From Infirmifilum sp. (lineage in GTDB: Archaea > Thermoproteota > Thermoprotei > Thermofilales > Thermofilaceae): 64,000 nt of DNA. The notes under the pieces were generated by a model. That model was not told the origin of the DNA. It did no database searches and worked only from the letters and a program-made list of their open reading frames with translations. Location of the stretch: positions 1-64,000 of the forward strand of contig JBEULP010000058.1 of NCBI GenBank assembly GCA_041287245.1, given 5' to 3'. Of the stretch, positions 29,659 through 37,755 are shown piece by piece; positions within the stretch are counted from its first letter, which is position 1; the number at the start of each line of letters is the position of its first letter. The translations under genes were made by a program, and so were the position numbers.

Positions 29659-30738
29659 CTACCTAGTGAAGACTTTAATCGAAGAGGGCTCCAGATAGAT
29701 TCTAACGCGGCTACCCACGGCTAAATCGGCACTTTCACGCGTAGAGGCCAACGCCTCTAATCTAACATCACCCCAACCGTCTAAAACGACTTTGGTAAGG
29801 GGGCCTAGGAAAGTTTTCTCGATGACAACCCCCTCCAGCTCGATGTGGTTTTTAGAGCCGCCGGAGAGCTTCACATTCTCGGGACGCACGAACAAGAGAA
29901 CCTGCCCGTTAAATCCTTTTAGCTCTGGCGAGATTATGGAGAGATCTATTCTCGCCCCCTTTAGATCTATAATGCCACTTCGAGCCTCGACAGATATAAT
30001 GTTCGCCTCTCCAAGGAAGGACGCTACAAAGGTGTTAGCCGGCTTTTTATATACTTCCTCGGGGGTTCCGACCTGTTGTAGTATACCATCGTACATCAAA
30101 GCCAGCCGGTCTGAAAGCATCATAGCCTCGTTCTGGTCATGGGTAACGTATATCATGGTGACACCCGTCTCGCGTTGAAGTCTCTTAAGTTCTCGAATGA
30201 GCTCTATCCTGATTTTATAATCGAGGTGGCTGAAAGGCTCGTCTAGAAGTAGGACGCTGGGTTCCCTAGCTAGAGCCCTAGCCAGGGCTACTCGTTGCTG
30301 CTGCCCTCCGCTTAACTGAGTTATTCTTCTCTGGGCATAAATCTCATAAGGCAGCCGGACTAGCTCGAGCACTTCTCGTACTCTCCTCTCTGCCTTTTCT
30401 CTCGGCCAGCCCGCTATTTCCAGACTAAACGAAACGTTTCTGTAAACTGTTAAATGCGGAAAAAGGGCGAGATCCTGGAAAACCATGCCCACTGGTCTCT
30501 CGTATGCCGGCTTATCAGTAACATCGTTGTCTCCAAAGTAAACACGGCCGCTGTCAGGCCTCAAGAGTCCGGCTACAATCCTTAGAAGAGTTGTTTTGCC
30601 GCAGCCGCTGGGTCCGAGTATGCTGAAGAGTTCCCCGGGAGAAATGTCAATAGATATATTCCGCAATGCAGTGGTGACGCCCCTATCTCGATATGTTTTA
30701 CTCACATTTTGTATCTTGATGCCGACTCCGCTAACCAT
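29659..30738 (-). CDS. potA: polyamine ABC transporter ATPase
   Basis: GPSGCGKTT, LSGGQQQR, DEP, VTHDQ, TOBE-like tail. Confidence 0.88.
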   Translation of the reverse strand: MVSGVGIKIQNVSKTYRDRGVTTALRNISIDISPGELFSILGPSGCGKTTLLRIVAGLLRPDSGRVYFGDNDVTDKPAYERPVGMVFQDLALFPHLTVYRNVSFSLEIAGWPREKAERRVREVLELVRLPYEIYAQRRITQLSGGQQQRVALARALAREPSVLLLDEPFSHLDYKIRIELIRELKRLQRETGVTMIYVTHDQNEAMMLSDRLALMYDGILQQVGTPEEVYKKPANTFVASFLGEANIISVEARSGIIDLKGARIDLSIISPELKGFNGQVLLFVRPENVKLSGGSKNHIELEGVVIEKTFLGPLTKVVLDGWGDVRLEALASTRESADLAVGSRVRIYLEPSSIKVFTR

Positions 30739-30794
30739 CTTTCTGCCAGGACTAACAGTCTAGCTTTAAAAGGATATCGTTTAAAATATCCGGT

Positions 30795-31238
30795 CTAAAC
30801 CTGAATTTTGTACGGCTTTAGCCTCTCAATCTCCCTTAAGACTTTCGCTATAAAACCCTCTACATATGACCAGTTTACATTTTTCTCCCGAAGCACTTCC
30901 CTAACGTAGTTCTCTGTATCCCGATAGCTCTTAAACTTCTCATTTACCTCACGCCAAGGGATACCCTTTAATGCCTCAGCTAGCCTCGGATCATGAGGAA
31001 GAACCCCCTTCAACATTAGAAAAGCTATCGACGGGTAACCAAGGTAACCCTTGTAGACAGACCCGTTGTCAGTGGAGGCTATTCCGAGCTTTCCGTCCCA
31101 AACAACCCTGTATGTTCTCTTACCGTCGGAACCGATGACTCTAGCTTCGTACTCGCTTACAAACTCGATTCGGCCGTCCCCTATACAGCCAAGAGCTTCT
31201 AAAACCTTCACGCGCGGGGGAATCTTCCAATATTCCAC
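30795..31238 (-). CDS. conserved hypothetical protein
   Basis: 147 aa ORF with PPRVKVLEALG, STDNGS, GYLGYP; TATA-like sequence upstream. Confidence 0.7.
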   Translation of the reverse strand: MEYWKIPPRVKVLEALGCIGDGRIEFVSEYEARVIGSDGKRTYRVVWDGKLGIASTDNGSVYKGYLGYPSIAFLMLKGVLPHDPRLAEALKGIPWREVNEKFKSYRDTENYVREVLREKNVNWSYVEGFIAKVLREIERLKPYKIQV

Positions 31239-31331
31239 ATGACTAAAATGTATAAACCCTTATATAAAATGTGTTTAGAGGGCTGTTTTCTTTTTGATGT
31301 TCAGAAGAAATGTTTATAGTTTTTGGAGAGG

Positions 31332-31525
31332 ATGATGTCTGAAAAGCTGTTGAGACCTAAGGATGTTTGTGAGAGGCTTGGGATAAGCTATACTACTCTT
31401 CGCAGGTGGATTCAGGCTGGTTATATCAAGGCTGTTAAAACTGTCGGTGGCAGAGGAGCCACAAGAAAAAGAAGCTTGCAGAGGGATTCAAAAAGCTTTT
31501 AGAAGAGGTTGAGAAAAATGGTTAG
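31332..31525 (+). pseudogene. tnpA: IS607 serine-recombinase transposase with internal deletion
   Basis: MSEKLLRPKDVCERLGISYTTLRRWIQAGYIKAVKTVGG joined out of frame to RSHKKKKLAEGFKKLLEEVEKNG*; catalytic YARVS domain absent. Confidence 0.85.
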
Positions 31526-32822
31526 AGTAACAAGAACGGTTGTTGTTGAGAGCGTGAGATTGCCGAGGAAGGTGTTCAGGGTCTTCGTAGAGCTTGAAGG
31601 AATGTATAGAAATATGGTTGAGCAACTAGTCCTCTACGCTGTTAGAGAAGGTGTGAAGTCTTTTACAAAGCTTAAAGCGTCGAGATACAAGGATTTGAGA
31701 AAACTGTACCCTCTCTTGCCAAGCCACTATGTGTACACGGCGTGTCAAGACGCTAGTGTTAGGGCTAAGAGTTTTCTCAGGCTGAAGAAGCTTGGTCTTG
31801 CTGAAAAAGAGTATCCAGAGGTTAGAAGAGTCTCTATATGGCTTGACGATCACTTGTGGAAGCTGGATGGGTATACTAGAGTTAAAATCGCTACACACAA
31901 AGAGTGGATAAGTGTTGATTTGGAGCCCTATAAACAGTACTGGAGATATCTTAACGGTGGGTGGAGACTTGCTAGCGAGGCGAGGTTAAGACTGGATAGG
32001 AGGAGTAGACAGCTCATAATCCACCTAACATTTGTTAAAAATGTTGAAGAGTACGAGCCTAGAGGTTTCACAGCTGTTGATGTTAACGAGAACAACATTA
32101 CTATGCTCCTCGATGGCGATGTATTTCTCTTTGAAACAGGTTTGAAGAAAAATGTTCTCGGCTACTACTATAGGAGGATGAGAGTTCAGGAGAAATATGA
32201 TAAGTTCTATGGCGTGAATTCTAGGGTTAGGAGAAAAGTTTTGAGGAGGCTTAAAGAGAGGAAGAAGAATGATGTTAAGTGGAAGATTGCAAACATCATC
32301 GTTAGGACAGCTCATAAAAAACAGTATGCTGTTGTTTTGGAGAAACTTGGTAGATCCCCTGCTAAGAAAATGATTGGGAAAATTGAAGACAGCCAGCTTA
32401 GGCATAGAATCTATCAAGCGTCTTTCAAAGGTGTCCAGAGAGCTATTGAGGAGAAGGCTAGAGAATACGGTGTCCCAGTAATATATGTAGACCCGAGGAA
32501 CACTTCGAAGACCTGCCCGATACACAACACACCTATAATCTATAGTTCTAGGATTGGGAGGTGCAATGGAGGTGGCGAGTTGTGGCATAGAGATGTTGTT
32601 GCGTGTTGGAACATACTACTCAGAGCCCGTCTAGGCGATGGGAGCAATGCTCCAAGCCTAGACGGGTTATCTGTAGATGGGAGTCCCATGCCGTTGGGCT
32701 CGACAGCCACCCATGAACCCATAGAGATAAGCAGATCCCTATGGGCGAGGTGGAAGTCCCTGGATATGAGAGAATATAAAAGAACGTCAATGATTATCAA
32801 GGGACAAACGGCTTCCCGATAG
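31518..32822 (+). CDS. tnpB: TnpB RNA-guided endonuclease
   Basis: RuvC-I AVDVNE, RuvC-II VVLEKL, VDPRNTSKTCPIH zinc ribbon, RuvC-III HRDVVACWNI; ATG at 31518. Confidence 0.92.
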   Translation: MVRVTRTVVVESVRLPRKVFRVFVELEGMYRNMVEQLVLYAVREGVKSFTKLKASRYKDLRKLYPLLPSHYVYTACQDASVRAKSFLRLKKLGLAEKEYPEVRRVSIWLDDHLWKLDGYTRVKIATHKEWISVDLEPYKQYWRYLNGGWRLASEARLRLDRRSRQLIIHLTFVKNVEEYEPRGFTAVDVNENNITMLLDGDVFLFETGLKKNVLGYYYRRMRVQEKYDKFYGVNSRVRRKVLRRLKERKKNDVKWKIANIIVRTAHKKQYAVVLEKLGRSPAKKMIGKIEDSQLRHRIYQASFKGVQRAIEEKAREYGVPVIYVDPRNTSKTCPIHNTPIIYSSRIGRCNGGGELWHRDVVACWNILLRARLGDGSNAPSLDGLSVDGSPMPLGSTATHEPIEISRSLWARWKSLDMREYKRTSMIIKGQTASR

Positions 32823-33915
32823 GCATAAGGTATAGAGGGTTTTCAATTCCCGTTACTCTCGCGATATTTTCATCCTCAAAAGCACCTATAGCCACCGTAC
32901 CCAACCCCTCGTGTGTTACATTGAGATAGATGCTTTGCCCTACAACTCCCGACTCAACCTCTGCTTCATATCCACTACCCGAGAGTATTATCGTAGCAGG
33001 CGACTTTAGGAGTGGCTGCTGACGAAGCGAATACATCCAGAGTTGCTCTGAGAAATCCCCCGATTTTATAGGCTCAAGTCTCATCGTCTGAGAATTAAAG
33101 TAATACACCCCCGGCTCTAATCCCCGTACAAGACGGACGGTGACATAAGCTTCAACAAGGTATTCCCTAAAAATTTTTGGATACACTCTTCCTCCTTCAA
33201 TAACTCTCCCCAGGGACCACTTTAGAATCGTCAAGAGCTGTTCCTCTGTAATTCCTTCCCTTCTAAAGCTTCTTTGACTCGACCTCTTAGCTATAACCTC
33301 GTCTAGAGAGAGCCCGGGCTCTATAAGAAAACCTTTACAGAATCTCTCGGGAGCCTTTACCTCGACTTCGGCCACTTCTACCTCAGGAATATCGTCACCC
33401 ATGCTGAGGTCTAAAAGGCTCGTCTTCCAGTTGAAGCCGTGGCTGACTAGAGATAAAAAGAGGTTTAGAAGAGCGTGGCCCACCTCCTGCCTTATATACC
33501 TAAAGCCCCTTGAGCCGTAAAAGCTCGTGGTTTTTATGGGTGTGACTTTTATTTTAAAACCTTCAAAATCGGCTTCTCTACTCGTCTGCTCGAGAGTGTT
33601 AGAGGTTGGAATGTATTTGTATAGTCCTCGTTTTAAAGGAATAAAGTTATCGCCTGCAGAGACATATACGACGAGTGGGTATGTAGCGCCGGCTGAGGGA
33701 ACGGTTCGAAAGCCGTCAACCCTGATTCCCTGGATGTGATAAAGTATCCGTGCTATTCCCATTACGTCGCATCTAGAACATTCTATTGGCGTCTCATTCG
33801 CTAAGCACCAAAAAGCTTCTCGAAGCAGAGGTTTATCGCGAAATTTAACAGCGGGTAACTTATACTTATTTAACATAATTCTAGTAAGTCTAGACATAAC
33901 AAATTTAATAAACAT
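32797..33915 (-). CDS. SagB/ThcOx-family nitroreductase-like protein with duplicated domain
   Basis: RTVPSAGATYP..QEVGH in domain 1; KRSSQRSF..ESGVVGQSIYL..GLGTVAIGAF in domain 2. Confidence 0.82.
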   Translation of the reverse strand: MFIKFVMSRLTRIMLNKYKLPAVKFRDKPLLREAFWCLANETPIECSRCDVMGIARILYHIQGIRVDGFRTVPSAGATYPLVVYVSAGDNFIPLKRGLYKYIPTSNTLEQTSREADFEGFKIKVTPIKTTSFYGSRGFRYIRQEVGHALLNLFLSLVSHGFNWKTSLLDLSMGDDIPEVEVAEVEVKAPERFCKGFLIEPGLSLDEVIAKRSSQRSFRREGITEEQLLTILKWSLGRVIEGGRVYPKIFREYLVEAYVTVRLVRGLEPGVYYFNSQTMRLEPIKSGDFSEQLWMYSLRQQPLLKSPATIILSGSGYEAEVESGVVGQSIYLNVTHEGLGTVAIGAFEDENIARVTGIENPLYLMPIGKPFVP

Positions 33916-33958
33916 TATTCTCTTTCCCTATCGAAAATCCTCTTTAGACAACTCCGCG

Positions 33959-34531
33959 GTGAAACCTATGAAAATCTACATCGCGACGTCAAACCAGCAC
34001 AAACTCGCCGAATTATCACTAGCCCTTGCACCCTATCGTGTCCAGCTAGTTCCTGTTCGCGTGAAAAAGATAGAGATCCAGTCTAACAATGTCGAGGAAA
34101 TCGCCGCCAAGGCTGCTGAAAGCCTAAGCCCACTCGACCATCCCGTAGCAGTCGAGGATTCAGGGTTATACATCGAGGCTCTAAAGGGCTTTCCAGGGCC
34201 ATATAGTCATTACGCCTACGAGACTATAGGAATCATGGGTGTTTTAAAACTACTTGAGGGAGTAGAGAATAGGAGGGCGCTATTTGTATCAGCCATTGCT
34301 GTGAAAACGCCTGAGGGTAGGGTTGAGGTTTTTAAGGGGGAGACCGAGGGAAAAATTTCATTCCAGGCGAGAGGGGAAGGGGGGTTTGGATTTGATCCCA
34401 TCTTTCTCCCCGCGGGTTCTCAAAAAACGTTTGCTGAGATGAGCATCGAAGAGAAGAATGAATATTCCCATCGTGGCAAGGCTGCAAGGAAGCTGGGTGA
34501 ATGGCTAATAAAAAATTATTCATCTTTGTAG
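33959..34531 (+). CDS. rdgB: XTP/dITP diphosphatase (HAM1 family)
   Basis: ATSNQHK, EDSGL, GFPGPYS, GFGFDPIF, SHRGKA. Confidence 0.95.
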   Translation: MKPMKIYIATSNQHKLAELSLALAPYRVQLVPVRVKKIEIQSNNVEEIAAKAAESLSPLDHPVAVEDSGLYIEALKGFPGPYSHYAYETIGIMGVLKLLEGVENRRALFVSAIAVKTPEGRVEVFKGETEGKISFQARGEGGFGFDPIFLPAGSQKTFAEMSIEEKNEYSHRGKAARKLGEWLIKNYSSL

Positions 34532-34595
34532 CGAAAACTGCAAAAAAGTTTTATCAAAAAATCCGTAGCATATAAATAACCCTAATTATTTATAG

Positions 34596-34676
34596 GCACC
34601 AGGGGGTTCCTGGGGGCGCGGCAACCTCACCCGGGGTAGTGGGATATGTGTGCCGCAGCCCAACCCCCCTATGTTC
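34596..34676 (+). ncRNA. GC-rich hairpin, candidate structured ncRNA of unknown class
   Basis: Nested pairings GGGGGTT/AACCCCC, GGGC/GCCC, GCGGCA/TGCCGC; TATAAATA about 25 nt upstream. Confidence 0.45.
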
Positions 34677-34707
34677 TAGAACGTTTGCGAGGCGCGCGAA
34701 GAAGAAC

Positions 34708-35688
34708 TCATGTCAGTAGGGACTCCTTATTCAGTCTAACCCTCACCGAGTGAACTTTCTCAGCATATGATGGGTCTAGGTAGCCGCGGAAGAGGCAGGC
34801 TTTGCATACGGGTTTTGAGGAAGGCTCTCCGCAGATAATGCATTTTTGCGCTCCTCCTGGAGGTTGTGGAAGCTTGTTTCGTGTAAGCTCTTTTAAAGCT
34901 AGTATTCTATACTTGAAGCCTGGTTTCGTTGCTTCTTTTCGGTTGATCCAGTGTCTGATAGGATGCCTTAGGGCGTATATTATATATGGGCATTCCACGA
35001 AGGGCGTGTATATTCCCTTTAACAACGTATAGGTTAGGACTTCTTTCTCGGTTAGAAAGTAAAGAGGTTTTATGCGTGGCACTAGTCCTTCTGCAGTGGT
35101 TTTTGAGATAATTCCTTCGCGCTCAATGCCTTCCAGGTGAGCCTTGAGAGCATTCATCACGTACACCTGTACCTCGTCGTCCAAATTATGCCCTGTTGCG
35201 AGCTTGGTGGCTCCTAGTTCCCTGGCAAGCTTGTTCATAATATATCTCCTGAAGACGCCGCATATGCTGCAGGGCTTAAACTCCATGCCCTTGTCTTGTA
35301 GCCTTCTCACAGCTTCGTCTAAAGTAAGCCCAAAGTAGTCCTCGAATTTTCCCACGAAAATCTCAATTCCGAGCTTGCTGGCGAGATCAGATAAAGCCTG
35401 GAGCTTGTGCTCCCGGTAGTTGGAGATCCCCTCGTCAACCGCAACACCAAAAACTTCGGCTCCAAGCTCTTTAGAAAACTTGGACAGAAGGTATAATGTC
35501 GTGAGACTGTCCTTACCTCCGCTCACAGCTACAGCTACTCTATCCCCCTTCTCGACGAGATTGAAATGCCTAATGGTTTCAAGCACGCGTCTCTCAAAGT
35601 ACTGTACAAAGTGGTCCTTGCACAAGTATTCTCCAAGGTACGGCACATATGCTACGGCTCGCGCTCCACAAACAAAACACTTAGCCGT
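34708..35688 (-). CDS. ttuA: tRNA 2-thiolation protein (TtuA/Ncs6 family)
   Basis: SGGKDS PP-loop, CSICGVFRR, TGHNLDD, ECPY, C-terminal CIIC..CKAC; N-terminal KCFVCG lies upstream of the GTG at 35646. Confidence 0.9.
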   Translation of the reverse strand, partial: TAKCFVCGARAVAYVPYLGEYLCKDHFVQYFERRVLETIRHFNLVEKGDRVAVAVSGGKDSLTTLYLLSKFSKELGAEVFGVAVDEGISNYREHKLQALSDLASKLGIEIFVGKFEDYFGLTLDEAVRRLQDKGMEFKPCSICGVFRRYIMNKLARELGATKLATGHNLDDEVQVYVMNALKAHLEGIEREGIISKTTAEGLVPRIKPLYFLTEKEVLTYTLLKGIYTPFVECPYIIYALRHPIRHWINRKEATKPGFKYRILALKELTRNKLPQPPGGAQKCIICGEPSSKPVCKACLFRGYLDPSYAEKVHSVRVRLNKESLLT

Positions 35689-35690
35689 CG

Positions 35691-35924
35691 CTAGCCACCC
35701 GAGACGACGGAGTGTATGGTAACCTTGACGTGTGGGACGAGACCCTCGTCCTCCGCCACGACTTCTCCATTCACAGCTACAACTACCTCGCTCTCAGCTA
35801 AGCCGAGCTTTCTCAGAAGATCGCGGACTGTAGCTCCATTGTTCATGCAAATCTCAAAGGTTTCGCGTCCGAACTTTTCTACGAGCACCTTGAAGCCATC
35901 CTTGCAGTAATCTGCCATAAGCAT
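35691..35924 (-). CDS. ubiquitin-like sulfur carrier (ThiS/MoaD/SAMP/TtuB)
   Basis: TVRDLL..VAVNGE..VVSGG C-terminus; adjacent to ttuA. Confidence 0.88.
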   Translation of the reverse strand: MLMADYCKDGFKVLVEKFGRETFEICMNNGATVRDLLRKLGLAESEVVVAVNGEVVAEDEGLVPHVKVTIHSVVSGG

Positions 35925-35979
35925 ACTATTTAACCCTCTGTGAAAGAGTTAAGGTTAAAGATGTGTTTTTCGGAATGGT

Positions 35980-36243
35980 TTGTGGTGTTTCCTGACGAGC
36001 GTGTTCCAGGATCCTACTGTTGCTACAGTAAACATCGGGAAAAATGGTCTCAGCGAGAAGGTGATTGAGGAGATAGGGAACGTCTTGAAGACCCGTGGTC
36101 TCGTCAAAGTTAGGTTGCTGAAGAACTTTCTCGATGCTTATGGGTACACGCGTGAAGATGTGGCAGTTATTCTATCCGAGAGGCTCAACGCAGAGATTCT
36201 CGGGATAAGGGGGCATGTAATAGCTTTGAAGAAGAGGATGTGA
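35980..36243 (+). CDS. yhbY: YhbY/CRM RNA-binding protein
   Basis: VNIGKNGL, GLVKVRLL, IRGH. Confidence 0.88.
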   Translation: MWCFLTSVFQDPTVATVNIGKNGLSEKVIEEIGNVLKTRGLVKVRLLKNFLDAYGYTREDVAVILSERLNAEILGIRGHVIALKKRM

Positions 36244-36253
36244 AAGTTTTCAT

Positions 36254-36357
36254 CTTTGAATTCATTCCTTTCTCATACTGTTTCTTTTGTTTTTGTTTTA
36301 GCTTTCTTTTTATTGTTGTTTTGTCTTCTCTTGATTTTTAAATGTCGCGGCGGCTTT
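36254..36357 (-). CRISPR. orphan CRISPR leader-like sequence plus single repeat (copy B)
   Basis: Minus strand GTATGAGAAAGGAATGAATTCAAAG (36278-36254) preceded by an A-rich tract with GCGACATTTAAAAATCAAG, homologous to 62083-62216. Confidence 0.6.
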
Positions 36358-36740
36358 AAGTCTTTAAGCGGGGAGACTCACGCGCTAAGGGCTCACCCCC
36401 GGCTAGTCGCGCTCGCCGTACCAGGCTGAGCAGCCCCCATCTCCCAGGGAGGGGCCACCACTCAAGGTGGGAAGGTGTGCGGGGCAGGGAGAAAAACCTT
36501 ATTTTTAGGGGTTCCCGGGATTCCCCCTATGCGCTGGTAGGCTTTGTCGGGAGCTCTGCGCCCCCCCCCCCCCCGGCTTGTTCTTCCCCCGGGCACCCTG
36601 AGGGGTTGGTGGGCGCCTGGCCGGAGGTGCATTGGGCTCATAGCCGGGGCGCCTCGGCTTGCCTGGTGGGTGAAGGGGTCACAGCTGTGCTCAGTGCACA
36701 ACCCGCCCCCTCAGTGGCTGTATAGTATATTGTTTAAACT

Positions 36741-36788
36741 CTGACCTCCTCCCCGCCCTAAAAGGGCGAGGCTTTCAGCTTATGTAAA
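36741..36788 (-). mobile_element. isolated IS200/IS605-type end hairpin (MITE/PATE-like remnant)
   Basis: Minus strand GCTGAAAGCCTCGCCCTTTTAGGGCGGGGAGGAGGTCAG: imperfect hairpin plus GGAGGTCA tail typical of archaeal IS605 ends. Confidence 0.7.
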
Positions 36789-36899
36789 TCCATTTTTGCA
36801 AAGGTGGCATATGACCACGTGGTCCTCGATAGTAAGAAAAATTAACCCCACCGCCGGATTACGCGCGCCTCAAGGCAGCCTCCCGGGCCACGAAGGAAG

Positions 36900-36972
36900 A
36901 GGAGCTTAGGGGCAGGCTGTACGAGCTTATAACGAAGCTACAGCTATTAGCAACACAGCTGTAACAATAAAA
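36900..36972 (+). repeat. dispersed 73-bp repeat, copy 1
   Basis: 59/73 ungapped identity (hand count) to 44452-44524. Confidence 0.8.
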
Positions 36973-36978
36973 TTTTTT

Positions 36979-37755
36979 CTATCGCGCATCAACTAGCCTC
37001 AAGTAACGTATGTAGCCGAAGTCGAAGATACCCGCATCTAAATCAACAGCGTATGCCCTAAAATTCTCAATATTTGCTTCGCGGAGAAGGGGGGATAGGA
37101 GACTTCTTTCAATGTTAACCTCCGTACCAGGCATTAGGGGGCTGAGGGCTGGCAGTACTAAAACCCTCTTCCCCATGTATTCTCCATCGAGTAGAGCTTT
37201 AAGCTTCACTCGGGCACCCAACTCGTCGCGTAAGGTTAAAGCTGGGTGTTCATGCCCCATCACTATTGTCTTAACTTTCTCTTCAAACCCTTCTATAGGC
37301 AACGGTTTGTGTCCATGGAATAAAAGGATTTCACCCTCTAGGAGGTAGGGGTCATGCAATGGAATGTTCATTTTCTTCAACAGCGATATAAGATAGTTGT
37401 CATGATTACCGCGCACAACATCTATTTTCAACTTAAGATCCTCGAGGAGATAAGATAGGAGCTCGCTAGTCTCACGCCACTCCTGCCTTGTAACATCGCC
37501 GAACTCGTGCTTTATGTCGCCCAGCAAAATTATCCTCGAGGCGGCGGTCTCGTCGACCATCCTAGCTAGCATCTCTCGTATCTCCGAGGCTTGAACGGGC
37601 GGGATGAAAATCCCATCCTCCGAGAGAGCCTCCTCATAACCTATGTGTAGATCCGCAACCACAAGAGCATTAAGCCTTTTCAAGTAAAGCCCAAGACCCA
37701 CTATCTCCAAGTCCTTTGACAGGGCTAGACGAGGGACTCCTATGGACTCAGGCAT
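36979..37755 (-). CDS. calcineurin-like metallophosphoesterase
   Basis: ADLHIGYE, LGDIKH, RGNHD, HGH, GHEHP. Confidence 0.9.
   Translation of the reverse strand: MPESIGVPRLALSKDLEIVGLGLYLKRLNALVVADLHIGYEEALSEDGIFIPPVQASEIREMLARMVDETAASRIILLGDIKHEFGDVTRQEWRETSELLSYLLEDLKLKIDVVRGNHDNYLISLLKKMNIPLHDPYLLEGEILLFHGHKPLPIEGFEEKVKTIVMGHEHPALTLRDELGARVKLKALLDGEYMGKRVLVLPALSPLMPGTEVNIERSLLSPLLREANIENFRAYAVDLDAGIFDFGYIRYLRLVDAR

Larger units (their letters stand above)
31270..32822 (+). mobile_element. IS607-family element, probably non-autonomous (deleted tnpA, intact tnpB); ends approximate
   Basis: MerR-like HTH fragment overlapping the start of tnpB, the typical IS607 arrangement. Confidence 0.82.

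Noticed and set aside
36360..36720. SRP RNA or RNase P RNA in the GC-rich block
   Set aside because: No helix-8 CAGG..GGAA..AGCA arrangement and no RNase P GAGGAA.GUCC / AACAGAA motifs found on either strand
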